64,000 nt of DNA from Gnetum montanum (lineage: Eukaryota > Plantae > Gnetophyta). The notes under the pieces were generated by a model. It saw only the letters and a list, made by a program, of their open reading frames with translations, was not told where the DNA came from and did not search any database. The stretch is from contig MNCI01002379.1 of assembly GCA_015680685.1 (NCBI GenBank), positions 690,780 through 754,779 on the forward strand, written 5' to 3'. This document shows positions 14,058 to 26,564 of the stretch, piece by piece. The stretch's first letter is position 1; each line of letters starts with the position of its first letter. A program made the position numbers and the translations under genes.

Positions 14058-17000
14058 ATGAACCCAACTAGTACCTTAGTTGCTACCTTAAGCTTGGAGA
14101 TAGCTCATCCCTTGCAACACGTGACAAATCTTGAGCAACCACTCAACCCAGTGCACCCACAATGGCAATCTCTTTGACTACAACATCAATCCCTCGAATG
14201 CATGGCACATGATGAGGAGCAATACAACTTCTTATGCGTAAAGATCCAAGCAGGCCTATCATTGGACTGCTAAGAATTTAAAGAAAAGCACAATTTTGAA
14301 CTCATCCATCGGAATAGAAGGGAGTTACTTCCTACTCCTAATGCCATCATACCACTAACTAAAATGTTCCAATGGATATTAAATTAACATATTTGACTGA
14401 GTGGGTAAAAAGAATGAGACACAACATCTCATTATGATGATCCCCTTCATGACGAGCAAGAGGACTTTGAATCTCATTTTGAAGGTGATGGCCCGCTCTA
14501 TGTAACAGCCTCATAGTCCACCTCTATATTCCTTTCCCACTAGTCACAATCCTCCACCTCTTTTGTCATGGCTACAACGCTTCCATATCCCAAACCTTCC
14601 TTGGTGGTAGGAAGCCATCGAATGTTATGAAAGCAATAACATGTAGGGCCTTTGGCTTCCTTTTCCTTTATTATTCCTTCAAAATCTGTCCAATTGTTGC
14701 AGCCAACGTCTGTGATGCCTATGTTACCATATGTACATACTATGCCTACATCACAACTGCAAATGAGCCCTATTTCCATTACTTCCTCTACATTGATTTC
14801 ACTTCCAATAATAGCTCCAACCTCAACTACATGATGGGTGGCAATGTCCTTTCCTACTATCCAATTATCTCAGATACCATAGTATATGTAGCTCCAAACA
14901 TATTAAGCTTCACATATGGTGTAGCCAACTACAAGGCTATGGGCTACTCCAGCAATGGGGTAGGTAATCATTCCCATAGCACCACCCACAAGGTTGTGGG
15001 CCACTCAGATAGCACCACTAATGGGAGCTGCTCCGACATCACCCCCAATGAGAATGGTAGTTATACCAATAGCACCACCAATGATGGTTGCTCCAATAGT
15101 GCCACTGGCAGTCCAACTAATGCAACCTTCTATAACACTTTCAGGTCTAGACCAAGCCTTTAAGCTTATTCAAACCCTCACTGATGAAGTCAAGCAGCTT
15201 AAAGACACCAAATCTAAAATAGTCCATGTAATGGACTTTTATCAGGATGATCCTATTAGCCCCATCGTGCCTTTGCTCACCTTGCCTCCCAGAATTTAGC
15301 TCCCTAAATTTACAAAATACAATGGAGAGGATGATCCCAACGCACACCTAGTTACTTTTCAATCCAAGTCCCTATTACTACAACCATGGACACATGTGAT
15401 TATTCATGTATTTGTCATGTCCTAGACTAGCAACGATTTAAACTGGTATCATGCACTTCCTCATGCCTCTATTTCAACTCTAGAAGAATTGCTAAGTCAA
15501 TTTGTAACTCACTTCAAGTACAACTTGAAGCCAGAAGCCACCTTAGACCAACTCATGAATTTCAAACAAGAAGTGTTAGAACCTATCTAGAAATTCATAC
15601 AATGTTAGAGTGTTACCTTAAATGAGATCTATGAGCTGATTGTTGAAACACATCTACTAGCCATTTTTAAGGGTGTTGTAAATGACTTCATCAAGTCCAA
15701 GCTATACTATTTAGTACCATGCTCCCTTAGCTAGGCCTTTTCCCAAAAAAAAATCATGCAAGATATGGCTGAGGCTAGCAAAGACCCCACTTACATTACT
15801 TACAAGAATGCACATGCAAAGATAAAGAAAAGGAAAAGGCCACTACAACCACTGTGGCTACTATGGTAGGTGAGGCCAAAAACAACAACAACAAATAGGC
15901 GGCTAAGGTGCCTAAGATCTTAGCCATCACTAGTAAAACATCAAGCTCTGGTAATGTGGGGACCAACCTGCAATGTCAATAGTTACAATGCAAACTTCAC
16001 TAAGGTCAAATTTTGAGCATAAGGATCGTTCCAAATACACCCCTCTACCAATTAAGCCATCGAAGCTTCTAGACCAAGTACTTAGTTTTGGGCACATTCA
16101 ATATAAGAAAATGTCTGAAGATGCCTATAAGTAGCATGAAAGGTACTGTGAGATCCTTTGGGACCCCTTTGTAGCTATGCCCAATGAGCCTAAAGTACCT
16201 AAAAATTTTAGGCTAGATTGATTTTACAACTACCACCAATTTTGTGGCCATGACATAGATTTTTTTTAGCATTAAAAGATGACATTCAATGTATGATTGA
16301 TCAAGGTAAGTTGGTCCTTGATGAAAATAGTCATGTTCGGCCAAAGAACCAATTTATGACGTTTATAAGGACCCACTAAATGCTAGTAATGCAAGGTATA
16401 CCATTAATGCTATTAGCATTAAGGACAATGTAGAGTCAACACATGAACCATTTGTGGTTCATTTATCTTCTTGAGGTGCCAAAGCTTCAATCTCACCTAG
16501 GCCATAGGCCCCTTTTGTCATTACAGTATCGCCATAGAGGCCCATTACACCCTTCATAGTTAGGGCTTCCCAACATGCTGCTACAACAACTTAGGAATCC
16601 TTTGTTATAAGGGTGCCAAAACATATAGATTCCCCCTCTATCCAGAGTCCAGTGGTGGAAACTTCATCATAACCTTCTCACTCAAGGAGGCATGATAAAC
16701 GTCTAGCAGATAAGATGACTAGGGAATGCACTACACTAGGCACCCCTAAGCTTGTTTCTTTGTCAGTAGTTCTTATGGCCTTATCACCAAAAGCCACTTG
16801 CATAGACACACACACGCAACAACCAACCCTTGAGGCTCAAAAGCCCATAGCTCAACCAAGAGCCTTGTCTGCTCCCCCTTGGGAAATCTATCTTTTAGGA
16901 TGTATATAGAAAAAAAATCACCAAACACCTAGATAGTGGAAAAGATTTCTTAGACGTACTCACATAAGTTATACAAGCTTGAAAATAGAAAAACATAACT

Positions 17001-17861
17001 TTAAGTTTGTATGATTTAATAATGACTTTTGTGGTGCATCATGAGGCTATAATCTGCATGTTGGCATCTATTCCTGTTAAGGAAGATCTTCTAGTAGAGG
17101 AAAGATCCATCCATGCTATCATGTTACCACCTATGGCTAAAGAGCCACGATCAACCCCTTTAACTTTTCATGATGAAGCCATTAAAGCTGATCCTGAAAG
17201 GGCTCAACTAACCATTGCCCCTATGTTTATAATAATTCATGTAGGTTAATACAGGATTCGTAGGGTGCATGTTGATGACGGGGTAGCAACCAAAATAATT
17301 TCATTCCCTATTGTTGACAAGCTAGGCCTAGTGGATCAAATTAGGCCCACAACAACATCGTGTTTGAAGTCATTCAATGGGGCACACGTTGTGGTCAAAG
17401 GAGCCATCACTATGAATTTCATGGTAGGGGATCAATTTCCTACTAATTTAGAATTCATTGTGATAGAAGAGATGCCTAGGATCAATTTAATTTTAGGATG
17501 ATCTTGGTTAGCCCAATTAAGGCCTGTCTCTTCACCGATACACCAAGAAATCCACCTACCCTATGTGGGTGGAGAGGTGGTGATCTTTAGTGATGATGTA
17601 GCCCCTTGGGCCATCAACAATATAGATATAGAGCAATGGTCAGAGACAGAAGTCTCCAATGATGCATCACCTACTTGAAATACAATCCAACATTGTTTAG
17701 CAAGCAAACCAAGCAAAACTAATGATTTTTGTGAGGAAACTACATGGGCAAAGTTGCCTTTTTCAATAGCAAATGACAACCTAGAAGAGTATCGCCTCAA
17801 GTCTTCTAGGCCCTATGCCTTCACTAACCCATGTCAGGTTAGGAAACATTTATGCTATTAG
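14058..17861 (+). pseudogene. gag: gag-protease ORF of D (degenerate)
   Basis: Pro/Met-rich N-terminus, KFTKYNGEDDPNAHL, an Ogre-type YHQFCGHDID motif and protease RVHVDDGVAT...NLILG*SWL. The frame ends in TAG at 17859-17861. Confidence 0.9.
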
Positions 17862-17964
17862 GGCATGTACCTAGCTTATTTCTCTAATTCTTTTATCTTT
17901 AACACTTTTGTTTATATAGTTTCAATTTTTGCATTGTGTTTACCTTTTGTGTTAGTTATACTGC

Positions 17965-18200
17965 CATGGCCCAGAATGGACTTAAACTATTGCATGGCCC
18001 ACCAAGGCCTAAAACTGGCAAACCACTCTCTGTGTTAATTACCCATGGCCCAAAATAGCCTTAAACTAGCTACGGCCTAAAATGGCATTAAACTAGCCAT
18101 AGCCCAAAATGGCCTTAAACTATCGTATAGCCCAAAATGGCCTTAAACTAGCTATGGCCCGAAATAGCCTTAAACTAGAACATGGGGCCCACAAGGGGCC
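17965..18200 (+). repeat. ~27-bp tandem array GGCCCAAAATGGCCTTAAACTAGCTAT
   Basis: Five adjacent copies at about 18047-18183 plus degenerate flanking copies. Confidence 0.9.
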
Positions 18201-18369
18201 TAACTACATCAAAAAAAATGCCAAGTAAAAGAAATAGAAAAAATATCATACTTTTTATTAAAATGCAAATTCAACTGTAAATGAAACACATAGTCCAAAA
18301 TTATGGACATATTCAAAGTTGCAACATTGACCAACAATGGGGTTATATTTCAAAAAATTTAAAAATAGC

Positions 18370-21300
18370 CTACAGCTTCTCTCCTTTGTCTTTATCTGCC
18401 ACCTCACTAGGTCCTACATCCTCGTTTGGATCTTGCATAAATTAAGGATAAAAAAATAAACCAATAAGTGAACAAGGCAATGCATGAGGCTATCATGAAA
18501 TAAACTACAATAAAGTAAGACTTGGCTAACTTGAGATGGTCCTGCATTCATGTCTAGTGGTATTTTTTCAAGACTAGATGCCAAGAACTAGAGGATTTCT
18601 TCCTCAGTCAAATTTGCCTAGTCTTCCTCCCCCAAATTAATGCCTGGTAAGATTTTCCCTTTCTCCATGGTCATCCATATGGGTGGCCCTAGAGAAAATG
18701 TAGCAGATGTGGCCTCTCTAGAAGGCATCGTCATTTCCCTCTCAAGAGATTCACTGACCAGTAAGTATTTTGCAAATCTATCATAGGCCTAGGTAGCACC
18801 AATCACATCAAGGAATAGCTCACAACCTTGCCATTCTATAGATGCATCTCTGTATTTTTGGTAGTAACTGGCACGTTCCATTTTGTACATATGTTTATGA
18901 TTCATTTCTGCTTGCCCCAATTCATACGCTTTGGTGCTTTAATCTTTCCAATCTTGATTCTTTTGGGCCAAGAGATCCATTTGTAGACGTTATTTGATTG
19001 CTTCATGTGTGGCCTCATTTTTGCCCCTTATAGTCGACCAATATCTTGCATAATCAATGACGGTTGTATGCCAGCTACCATCTAAGTTATCATGGGCCAT
19101 TAAGAATTCATTTCATGACTGCAAGTATTTCAACTTAGTGGCTTAACTTGCCTTTTCTTTTTCAAGTTTCTAGACTCACTTTCAGAGATCTTCATTGACG
19201 TGCTTGCACTCCCATAGTGATCGTTCTGAGTGTAACATGCATTTGCTAGCCTCATCATATATATGACAAGACACCTCCATTATCTCTAATGAGAGTTTGG
19301 GCATAGCTTCAATTTCAACCACCCTTCTTAGGTCCCATTTAAGTTGTGAAGTTGTTATACCAGAAAAAAGAAAATGTTTGTCATAAGGCTGTAAACAAAA
19401 CAAATAGAAAATGAAACAACATAAAAAGAAAATGTGATAGGCCAAATGCACCTATCTCAGGATTTATTTTCTTTAAGTAATTGATCATATCATCCACTAC
19501 ACCTTGCATAAAAGTAAACTTATTTGGGGTTTTTGCCCATGGTTGTAGGTAGAAAGTGGATGAAGACTCAAGGCCCCTAGCAGAAATAGCACCTGTTGCA
19601 CAATAAATCATGTTATCATTATGAAGAAAAGAAGAAAGAGGAGAGGAAAAAAACAAGAAAACAAACAAACAAAAGAGGATGAGAGGAAAGAGGGGAAACA
19701 AGAGCATAACATAAATGGTAGTGTAAAGCTCCTACCCAGTAAACCCTTTGGGGTGAGAGCAGGGGGATCGCCCATCTGCACACTATCAAACAAACCAGCA
19801 AACTAACCATCCTCAAAGTGTAGCCCCTCTTCTTCAAGCTACCTTAAGAGTGTGGCAGCTTCCTTTGTTGTCATACATCCCTCACACTATGGGACACTTT
19901 CTATAAAAGGCTTCTTTTCTACTAAGGTTTCCTCTTCTACATCAAGAGCCTCCTCTTCTGTAGAAGGGGCCTTCTTGTTGGTAGTAGAGACCTCTTCCTC
20001 ATCTATCATGCATAGGCTAGGGTTAGAGCATCAGTCTAACATGTGTGTGTGTGTGTCTATATATATCTATAAATAGAAGCAAGAAATAGGCTAGCTAAAA
20101 CATATGAACCAACGAACTCAGACTACACATTGTGGACTCTAATGCATAGCCTTTTACCCCTTGTTTCGATCTTGTGTGAGGGTTCCTCCACAATATGAGG
20201 CTTTTTAATTTGAAAATTTGATTTTATCATCTCTACAATGAGATGTGCCCCCCTCACTATGTTGCCTATGTTGGGGGGGGGGGGGGGGGGGGGGGGAAGC
20301 CTCTCCAAAGCTATCATGCACATAGAAGGATGGTCCTACCTAGTCCTTGGTGGTCATGGAAAAAGACTCCTTGATAGCTTTCAGAACATCTTGAGATCAA
20401 GTGATGTGGAATATGTGGCAGATCCATGGTTTAGATATTTGGGTATGATCCTGTACCACCTAGATCCCATTTTTTTGAACCACCAAAAATTCTCCAAAAC
20501 TACACAAACATGCTATAAAAAATGCAAAGTGCACATGAAAACATGCTTTAAGTTTGTTGCAAAACCTAATCATTTCAGCCTGTAAGCCTTCTATGAGATA
20601 TCTAGCCTAGTTGTATCACATCCCCTCTTTCATTACATCCCTCATGATCCATGCTTACGCCACCGCAAGTATTTTTTTTTTGGGAAAGCAACTTGGGAAA
20701 AGTGAAAGCTCAAAAAATGGGGTAAATATGCTACCAACAATTTACCTTTTTTTATGTAAATGCCTTTGCAATCTTTATCGGTGCCTAGCCACTCTTCAAT
20801 GTCCCCTCAATGGTTTAGATACTTGCTACTCTTTTCACCCATGAGTAAACCATCAGAGGGGACAGTAAAGAGATCAAAAAAGAGATCATCAAGGATCTCA
20901 AGGACCACTTGCATGTTGTGAATGCACGTGTGAAAATGGTCAGCACTTTCCATAAAGGAATCAATGACGGTAATCATTTCCACTGTCAAGATGCTTGGGT
21001 TCACAGCTAAAAAGAGGTCCATAAGCCTAGCTTCTTGAACATTTTGAAAAATTGTTGCTGGGGCTTCATTACATAACCAACGCTATGACTCATCTACCTT
21101 GCCATATTTAAAGAGAAGGTTTGCCTTAGTACGCTCTAAGGTAATCACCGTGACCTCCTAGGATTTAGCTACTATTGTAGTAACCAAAAACAGAATTAGC
21201 CATGTAATGGAAGGGTAAAAAAAATTAAGAATACATGAAAATAAACACATAACATAACTTTCCTGGTACAAATGTTGTGGGGAATGATGGCACTTGAACT

Positions 21301-22594
21301 GACATTTGTTCCACAGTGGGTATTCGATCGAATGCCCACCCACCATCTAGCCATCCTAGATCTCAGCATTTTATGAAGGATTTAGAGTACTTTGTTGGGT
21401 AAATCTTCATGTCTACCCCAAGTTGCTCTATGACTCTAGCATGTATGTTCTCAGCTGATGAGAACTCACATACTACCATTTGGACTAGGGCCAATGCCCC
21501 CTCTTTATCATGGAGACCATCATCATCAATCATAACTTTGGCAATGGATAAATTTGGATGAAAATTTTTCTAAGTGTTGGTCACACTCCCTAGAGTGTGA
21601 CAATTTTGAAGCAAAAAATTTTCTAAGTGTTGGTTATGCTCCCGTACAGCGTAACAATTCTGAAGCAAAATTTTTTCTCCCATACAGTGTAACAATTCTA
21701 AAGCAAAATTTTTGCTAAGTGTTCACCATGCTCCCATGGAGCATAACAATTGTAGGACAAGTAGTCAAACAAAATTTTTTAAAGTGTCCATCCCGACCCT
21801 ATGGTGTTCTACATAGAATAGCAACTATGGCATCACATGTAGTGTAGCAACTATATCCCATGCAACGTAGCAATAGTACCTTGTATAGTGTAGCATCCTA
21901 TGTAGTGTAGCAAGTGTCATGCTTCTAGAGAGTGTAGCAACACAAACAGGTAAACATTTCTAGCTTGCTAGTCACACTATCAGGGATGACATAGCCTGAG
22001 GGCCAACACGGGACACCTACAAAACCCTTGCCCTATTCCATCATATGGAATGCATGAAGAAACCTGTCACACAATGTGAAACATGTAGTATTAAAAATCC
22101 TCCCCATAGGCATTACGCTACACAGGATGGACGAAACCCCCATTCTGTACCACCATCCGGGACACAACAAGACCCTTATTTTACCTCACCCCACATGACA
22201 CCCAAGGGCTTGTGGTGAAACCCTTACCATTATCGCAATGTAGAACATCATAAAGTAAAAGAGGGGGAAAATGGTGCACCCATTGCACCCAATTGTAGTA
22301 GCCACAGCGTAACTACCATAGTGGTAGCAGCAGTTGTGGTGCTATATTCATGGCAACAATGGTAGCCAAGGCACATCAACCATGGTGAAGGTGGCAGCAA
22401 TAGTGGTCCCCACTTAGGATGAATTTCCCCAAAACCCAAAAAACAAGAAATGACTAAAGCAACATGATGGCCTACCAAGCAGTCGATGCCTCCTGATGCT
22501 CTGCAATGTGTGCTCTAGGTAGACATCATAGGGTGTAGTCCCTTTCATCTACATTTCCAAGGCCTAGGTGTCTACACTCACTTCTACATGTCAT
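18370..22594 (-). pseudogene. Antisense multi-exon accessory gene of D (PMD-like N-part, coiled-coil-like C-part), degenerate
   Basis: TATAAATA lies on the minus strand at 22727-22734 and ATG at 22594. GT-AG introns are present (e.g. 19593-19735). Peptides such as MDLFLAVNPSILTVEMITVIDSFMESADHFHTCIHNMQVVLEILDDLFFDLFTVPSDG are collinear with the copy in C. Confidence 0.75.
21560..21790 (+). repeat. Degenerate ~55-bp repeats containing AATTTTTCTAAGTGT
   Basis: Four to five copies. The same motif recurs in the C and D LTRs. Confidence 0.75.
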
Positions 22595-22767
22595 TGTCTT
22601 ATTGTCAAGCTCTAGTCTATTGGCTATTACACTCTGTAAGTGCTACGCTCTCTTCTATGGACTATGCTATGCTCAAAACTATTAGCTTTGATTGTGAAAA
22701 TGATAGGTTTACCATGGGTAAACCCCTATTTATACCCTCCAGGGTTACATAACATGTCACTTTTCTA

Positions 22768-22905
22768 GGATGTCCTATGTCCCATGTGTAACATAGGACA
22801 TTCTGTGTCCTGCATGTAATGCGAGATGCTTCATATCCCATGCATAATGCAGGAAGTTCTATGTCCTACGTGTAATGTGAAACATCCCATGTCTTGTCCA
22901 ATGTA
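22768..22905 (+). repeat. ~28-bp tandem repeat (GGACATTCTGTGTCC core) upstream of the antisense TATA
   Basis: About five degenerate copies, with 1-2 copies at the equivalent site in C (37210-37250). Confidence 0.7.
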
Positions 22906-23034
22906 ACACATAGATTTTTCCAAAGAAATTTTTTTTAAAATTTTTACATTTCTTCTACCTATTCAAGGAACATTTAGTTCAACCCCGTGCTCCAAGCCTC
23001 TCAAGTTTAGCTTAAGCTTTACACTTTATGCACA

Positions 23035-23185
23035 CAATGGTCCACTAAGACCTTAAACTAGCAATTTGAAAATTTTATTTACACTTCACATTGATGGTCC
23101 ACTAAGACATTAAACTGGCCACTTTGAAATTTTTTTCATACTGTACGCATAGTGATGATCTGCTAAGACCTTAAACTGGAAATTT
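23035..23185 (+). repeat. Three copies of GGTCCACTAAGACCTTAAACT(A/G)G upstream of pol
   Basis: Direct inspection; spacing is about 57-62 bp. Confidence 0.85.
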
Positions 23186-23281
23186 TGAGATACTACATAG
23201 TTTCTTTACATGCATTTTGCTTCATGTTTCTTTGTTAAGCAGGTACCACTTGACATCTATTATTTTTTGGCTATTTTGTAG

Positions 23282-26200
23282 GATCTCTTGGAAAAATGAC
23301 CATACATGATGATCTTTGTTTTCCTTTAATCTTGACTAGATCCCATGGTAAACTCATGAGATGCATGAACATAGAGCTGGTGGACTTTGAACTGCCTTCT
23401 TGTGACACCAACATAGCATCCTTAGAAACATCACTAGACTAGCCAGAACACTTAGTCTAAGCTTTAGATTTAGAAGTTGGTGATGTAACTGAAGATCCAC
23501 TTATAGAAATCCCTATGATGGCATGCAAAGGTGAGGTGATAACATTAAAGCTTAGCTCTTTACTAGATCCACAAATCCAGCAAAATATCTCTAGAGTCCT
23601 CAACAACAATGTTAAAGTGTTTGCATGGTCTTATGAAGATATTCCAGGCTTAGAATTGCACATAATACAATACAACATTATCTTAGATCCATGTGTTAAG
23701 GTAGTTAAAACAAAAAGCTCATAAAATTAAGCTAGAAATTGCATTAGCTGTACGTAATGAAATTACTAAACTCTACCAAGTTGGGTTCATCTGCATAGTC
23801 GATTATCTAGATAGGGTATCAAATATCATGGTGGTTCCTAAGAAAATTGGGGGTATATGCACCTACACAGACTTCAAGATTTAAACAAGGCAACCATCAA
23901 GGATGATTTTCCATTGCCCAGTATCGACCAACTTGTTGATACTACCACTATTCATTTCTTGTCATCCTTTATGGATGGGTTCTCGAGGTACAACCAAATT
24001 CGTATAACCTAGAGCATCAACTTGCTACTACCTTCATGACCCCTTGGGGAACATTTTGTTATACGAGGATGCCCTTTGGGCTAAAAAATGTCAAAGCAAC
24101 ATATCAATGTGCAATGACTTATATTTTTAGTAATTATCTTTTAGAACAGCTAAATGACTATGTGGACGATATAGCAGTCAAGTCTAAGAAAGCTCCTGAT
24201 CACGCAAATGACTTGAAGTTGGTCCTTCAACATTGCCATAGGCATGACCTTCATCTTAATCCCAAAAAGTATTTCTTCAGCATGAAAACTAAGCACATGT
24301 TAGGCTTCATAGTATCAAAAATAGGAATACACATGAACCTAGACAAAGTTAAAGCCATTATCAACTTAGCACCACCCACAAACCTTAAAGAGCTACGTGG
24401 ATTGCAAGGTAGGGTATAGTTCATACAAAGGTTTATCACAAGATTAACTGATAAGTTGCACCCAATGCAACACCTACTCAAAAAAGGAGCCAACTTTGAG
24501 TGGACAAATCAATGCTAAGAGGCATTCGATAACTTGAAAAAGAATCTTGTTCATCTCCCTACCATTTATCCTCCACAAAGAGATAAGCCTTCCTACATTT
24601 ACCCTGCAACTTCAAATACGTCCATTTCTACCTTACTCTATCAAAAGAGAGATGATGGCTCTGAAATTCTTGTTTACTACCTAAGTCATGCATTGATAGA
24701 TTATGAAGAAAAATACAATGATGTAGAGAAAAATTGTCTTACCTTAGTGTTTACACTCAAACCGTGGAGATACTACCTATTTCATAGCCAAGTCAACACA
24801 CTTGCTAGATTAATATACTTAGGGCCATTACAACCAACATATATGAAAGTAGCAAAATATCTAGATGGAAAGTAATAACTGCAGAATTTGACCTACATTA
24901 CGCAGTACAATCATCCATAAAGGGTCAACCAATAGCCACGCAACTTACGGCTTCACCTACAAATGACTAGGCAATAATAGATCCCAAATTCCTAGACAAG
25001 CATGTTAGCATTATAAGCCCAATACCTGTAGACTTTGAGGCCATTTTACACTTTAACAGTGCCTCAACCACCCAAGGTGGTAATGCCACTACTATTATCA
25101 CATTTCCCTCTAGATAGATCTAACCTTTTGCTTACCACTTTGGGTTTATTTGCACAAATAATGTAGCAAAATACGAGGGTCTCCTTAGGGGCATTCTAGC
25201 AACTCGAAACTTAGGGATCCAAGATATAGCAATACAAGGTGATTCACAATTATTCATTAACCAAGTCACAAAGGTCTATGCTTTTAAAGCACAACACTTG
25301 CAACCTTACTGTGATCTGGAAAAATACTTACTGAAACAATTTACAACCTTAGATGTTTAGCACATTGCCCACAATGAAAACATTAGAGCCAACGTAGTGG
25401 CAATTTTAGCTTTAATCATATCACCAAATATGTTTGCTACCATACTCACTTCAATAGTAGAGTGCATTAACCCTATCATTCACACCACAAGTATTGCATC
25501 TGTAAGTGTAGCCCACACTCAAGAATGGTATGATTAGATGTCTAGGCTACTACTATCATTATATGGAATGTGATTGCATTTCCAAGGTCATAACATGCCA
25601 TGTATGCCAAAAACATGGGAATCTAATACATGTATCACCTATTGAGCTACACACTATGCAAATCACATGGCCCTTTCAACATTGGGGATTAGATATCATG
25701 GGGCCCATAATGCCTAAGTCTTCCATAGGACATAACTTCATTATTATTACAACTAAGTACTTCACGAAGTGGGCAGAATATATTACCCTTAGGAAGACTA
25801 CATCTCAATAGGTTTGCAAATTCATCTTGGATAATATAGTGACTCAATTCGACCTCCCTATGAATATCGTTGCAGACAATAGGCCACAATTTACTAGCAT
25901 AGAAACTAAAGCTTTCTATGAAAACCTTGGCATTAAACACTCCTTCTTGTCATCATACTATCCTCAAGCAAACGACCAACCAAAAGCCACCAATAAGGCC
26001 ATTTTCAACCTTTTAAAGAAGATTCTTAACAATAACAAATGACGATGGCATGAGCAACTCATCGATGCACTTTGGGCCTATCGCATAACCTATAGAACTG
26101 CAACTGGTAAGATATCATATAGTCTTATATATGGATTTGAAGCAATGTTACCTCTTGAATTTTAGGTCCCATCACTCCAAATGATCCTCTCAAACTTTAT

Positions 26201-26525
26201 GGATGAGGCTTAGAATAATGAGTCAAGAATCATTGATCTTGACTCTATGGAGGAAGGGTGCATACAAACACTAAGTCACATTGAGTGGTATCAAGACAAA
26301 CAACATTAAAAGCATCATCATAATCTACACCAACACCTAATCCAAAAGGGGCATCTAGTTTTGAAGGCCATTTGCGAACCCACGAACAAGTTCTTAGCTA
26401 ACTAGAAAGGACCTTTATTGGTCATGAAAACATATGAAAATGGAGCATTCAAGCTTGTTGACTTAGATGACAAAGAGTTCACTAATCATGTCAACCACCT
26501 ATACCTGAAGTCGTATTACACCTAA
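23282..26525 (+). pseudogene. pol: pol of D: RT, RNase H, archaeal-type RNase H, integrase (degenerate, internal deletion near 25535)
   Basis: SFMDGFSRYNQI, TPWGTFCY..MPFGLKN, NDYVDD, CTNNVAKYEGLLRG, WPFQHWGLDIMGPI, YYPQANDQ and a C-terminal GPF motif. Confidence 0.95.
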
Positions 26526-26564
26526 CATGCAGTATCACATCAGTAATAAAGCAAGATAAGTAGA

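Noticed and set aside
14540-15163. Alternate-frame and antisense ORFs over gag, and similar short ORFs over pol and the LTRs
   Set aside because: These are shadow ORFs of decayed coding or repeat sequence and are not conserved as proteins between copies.
18040-18190. CCTTAAAC as a telomeric repeat or U12 branch site
   Set aside because: It does not match CCCTAAA arrays or TTCCTTAAC, and no U12-type donor was seen.
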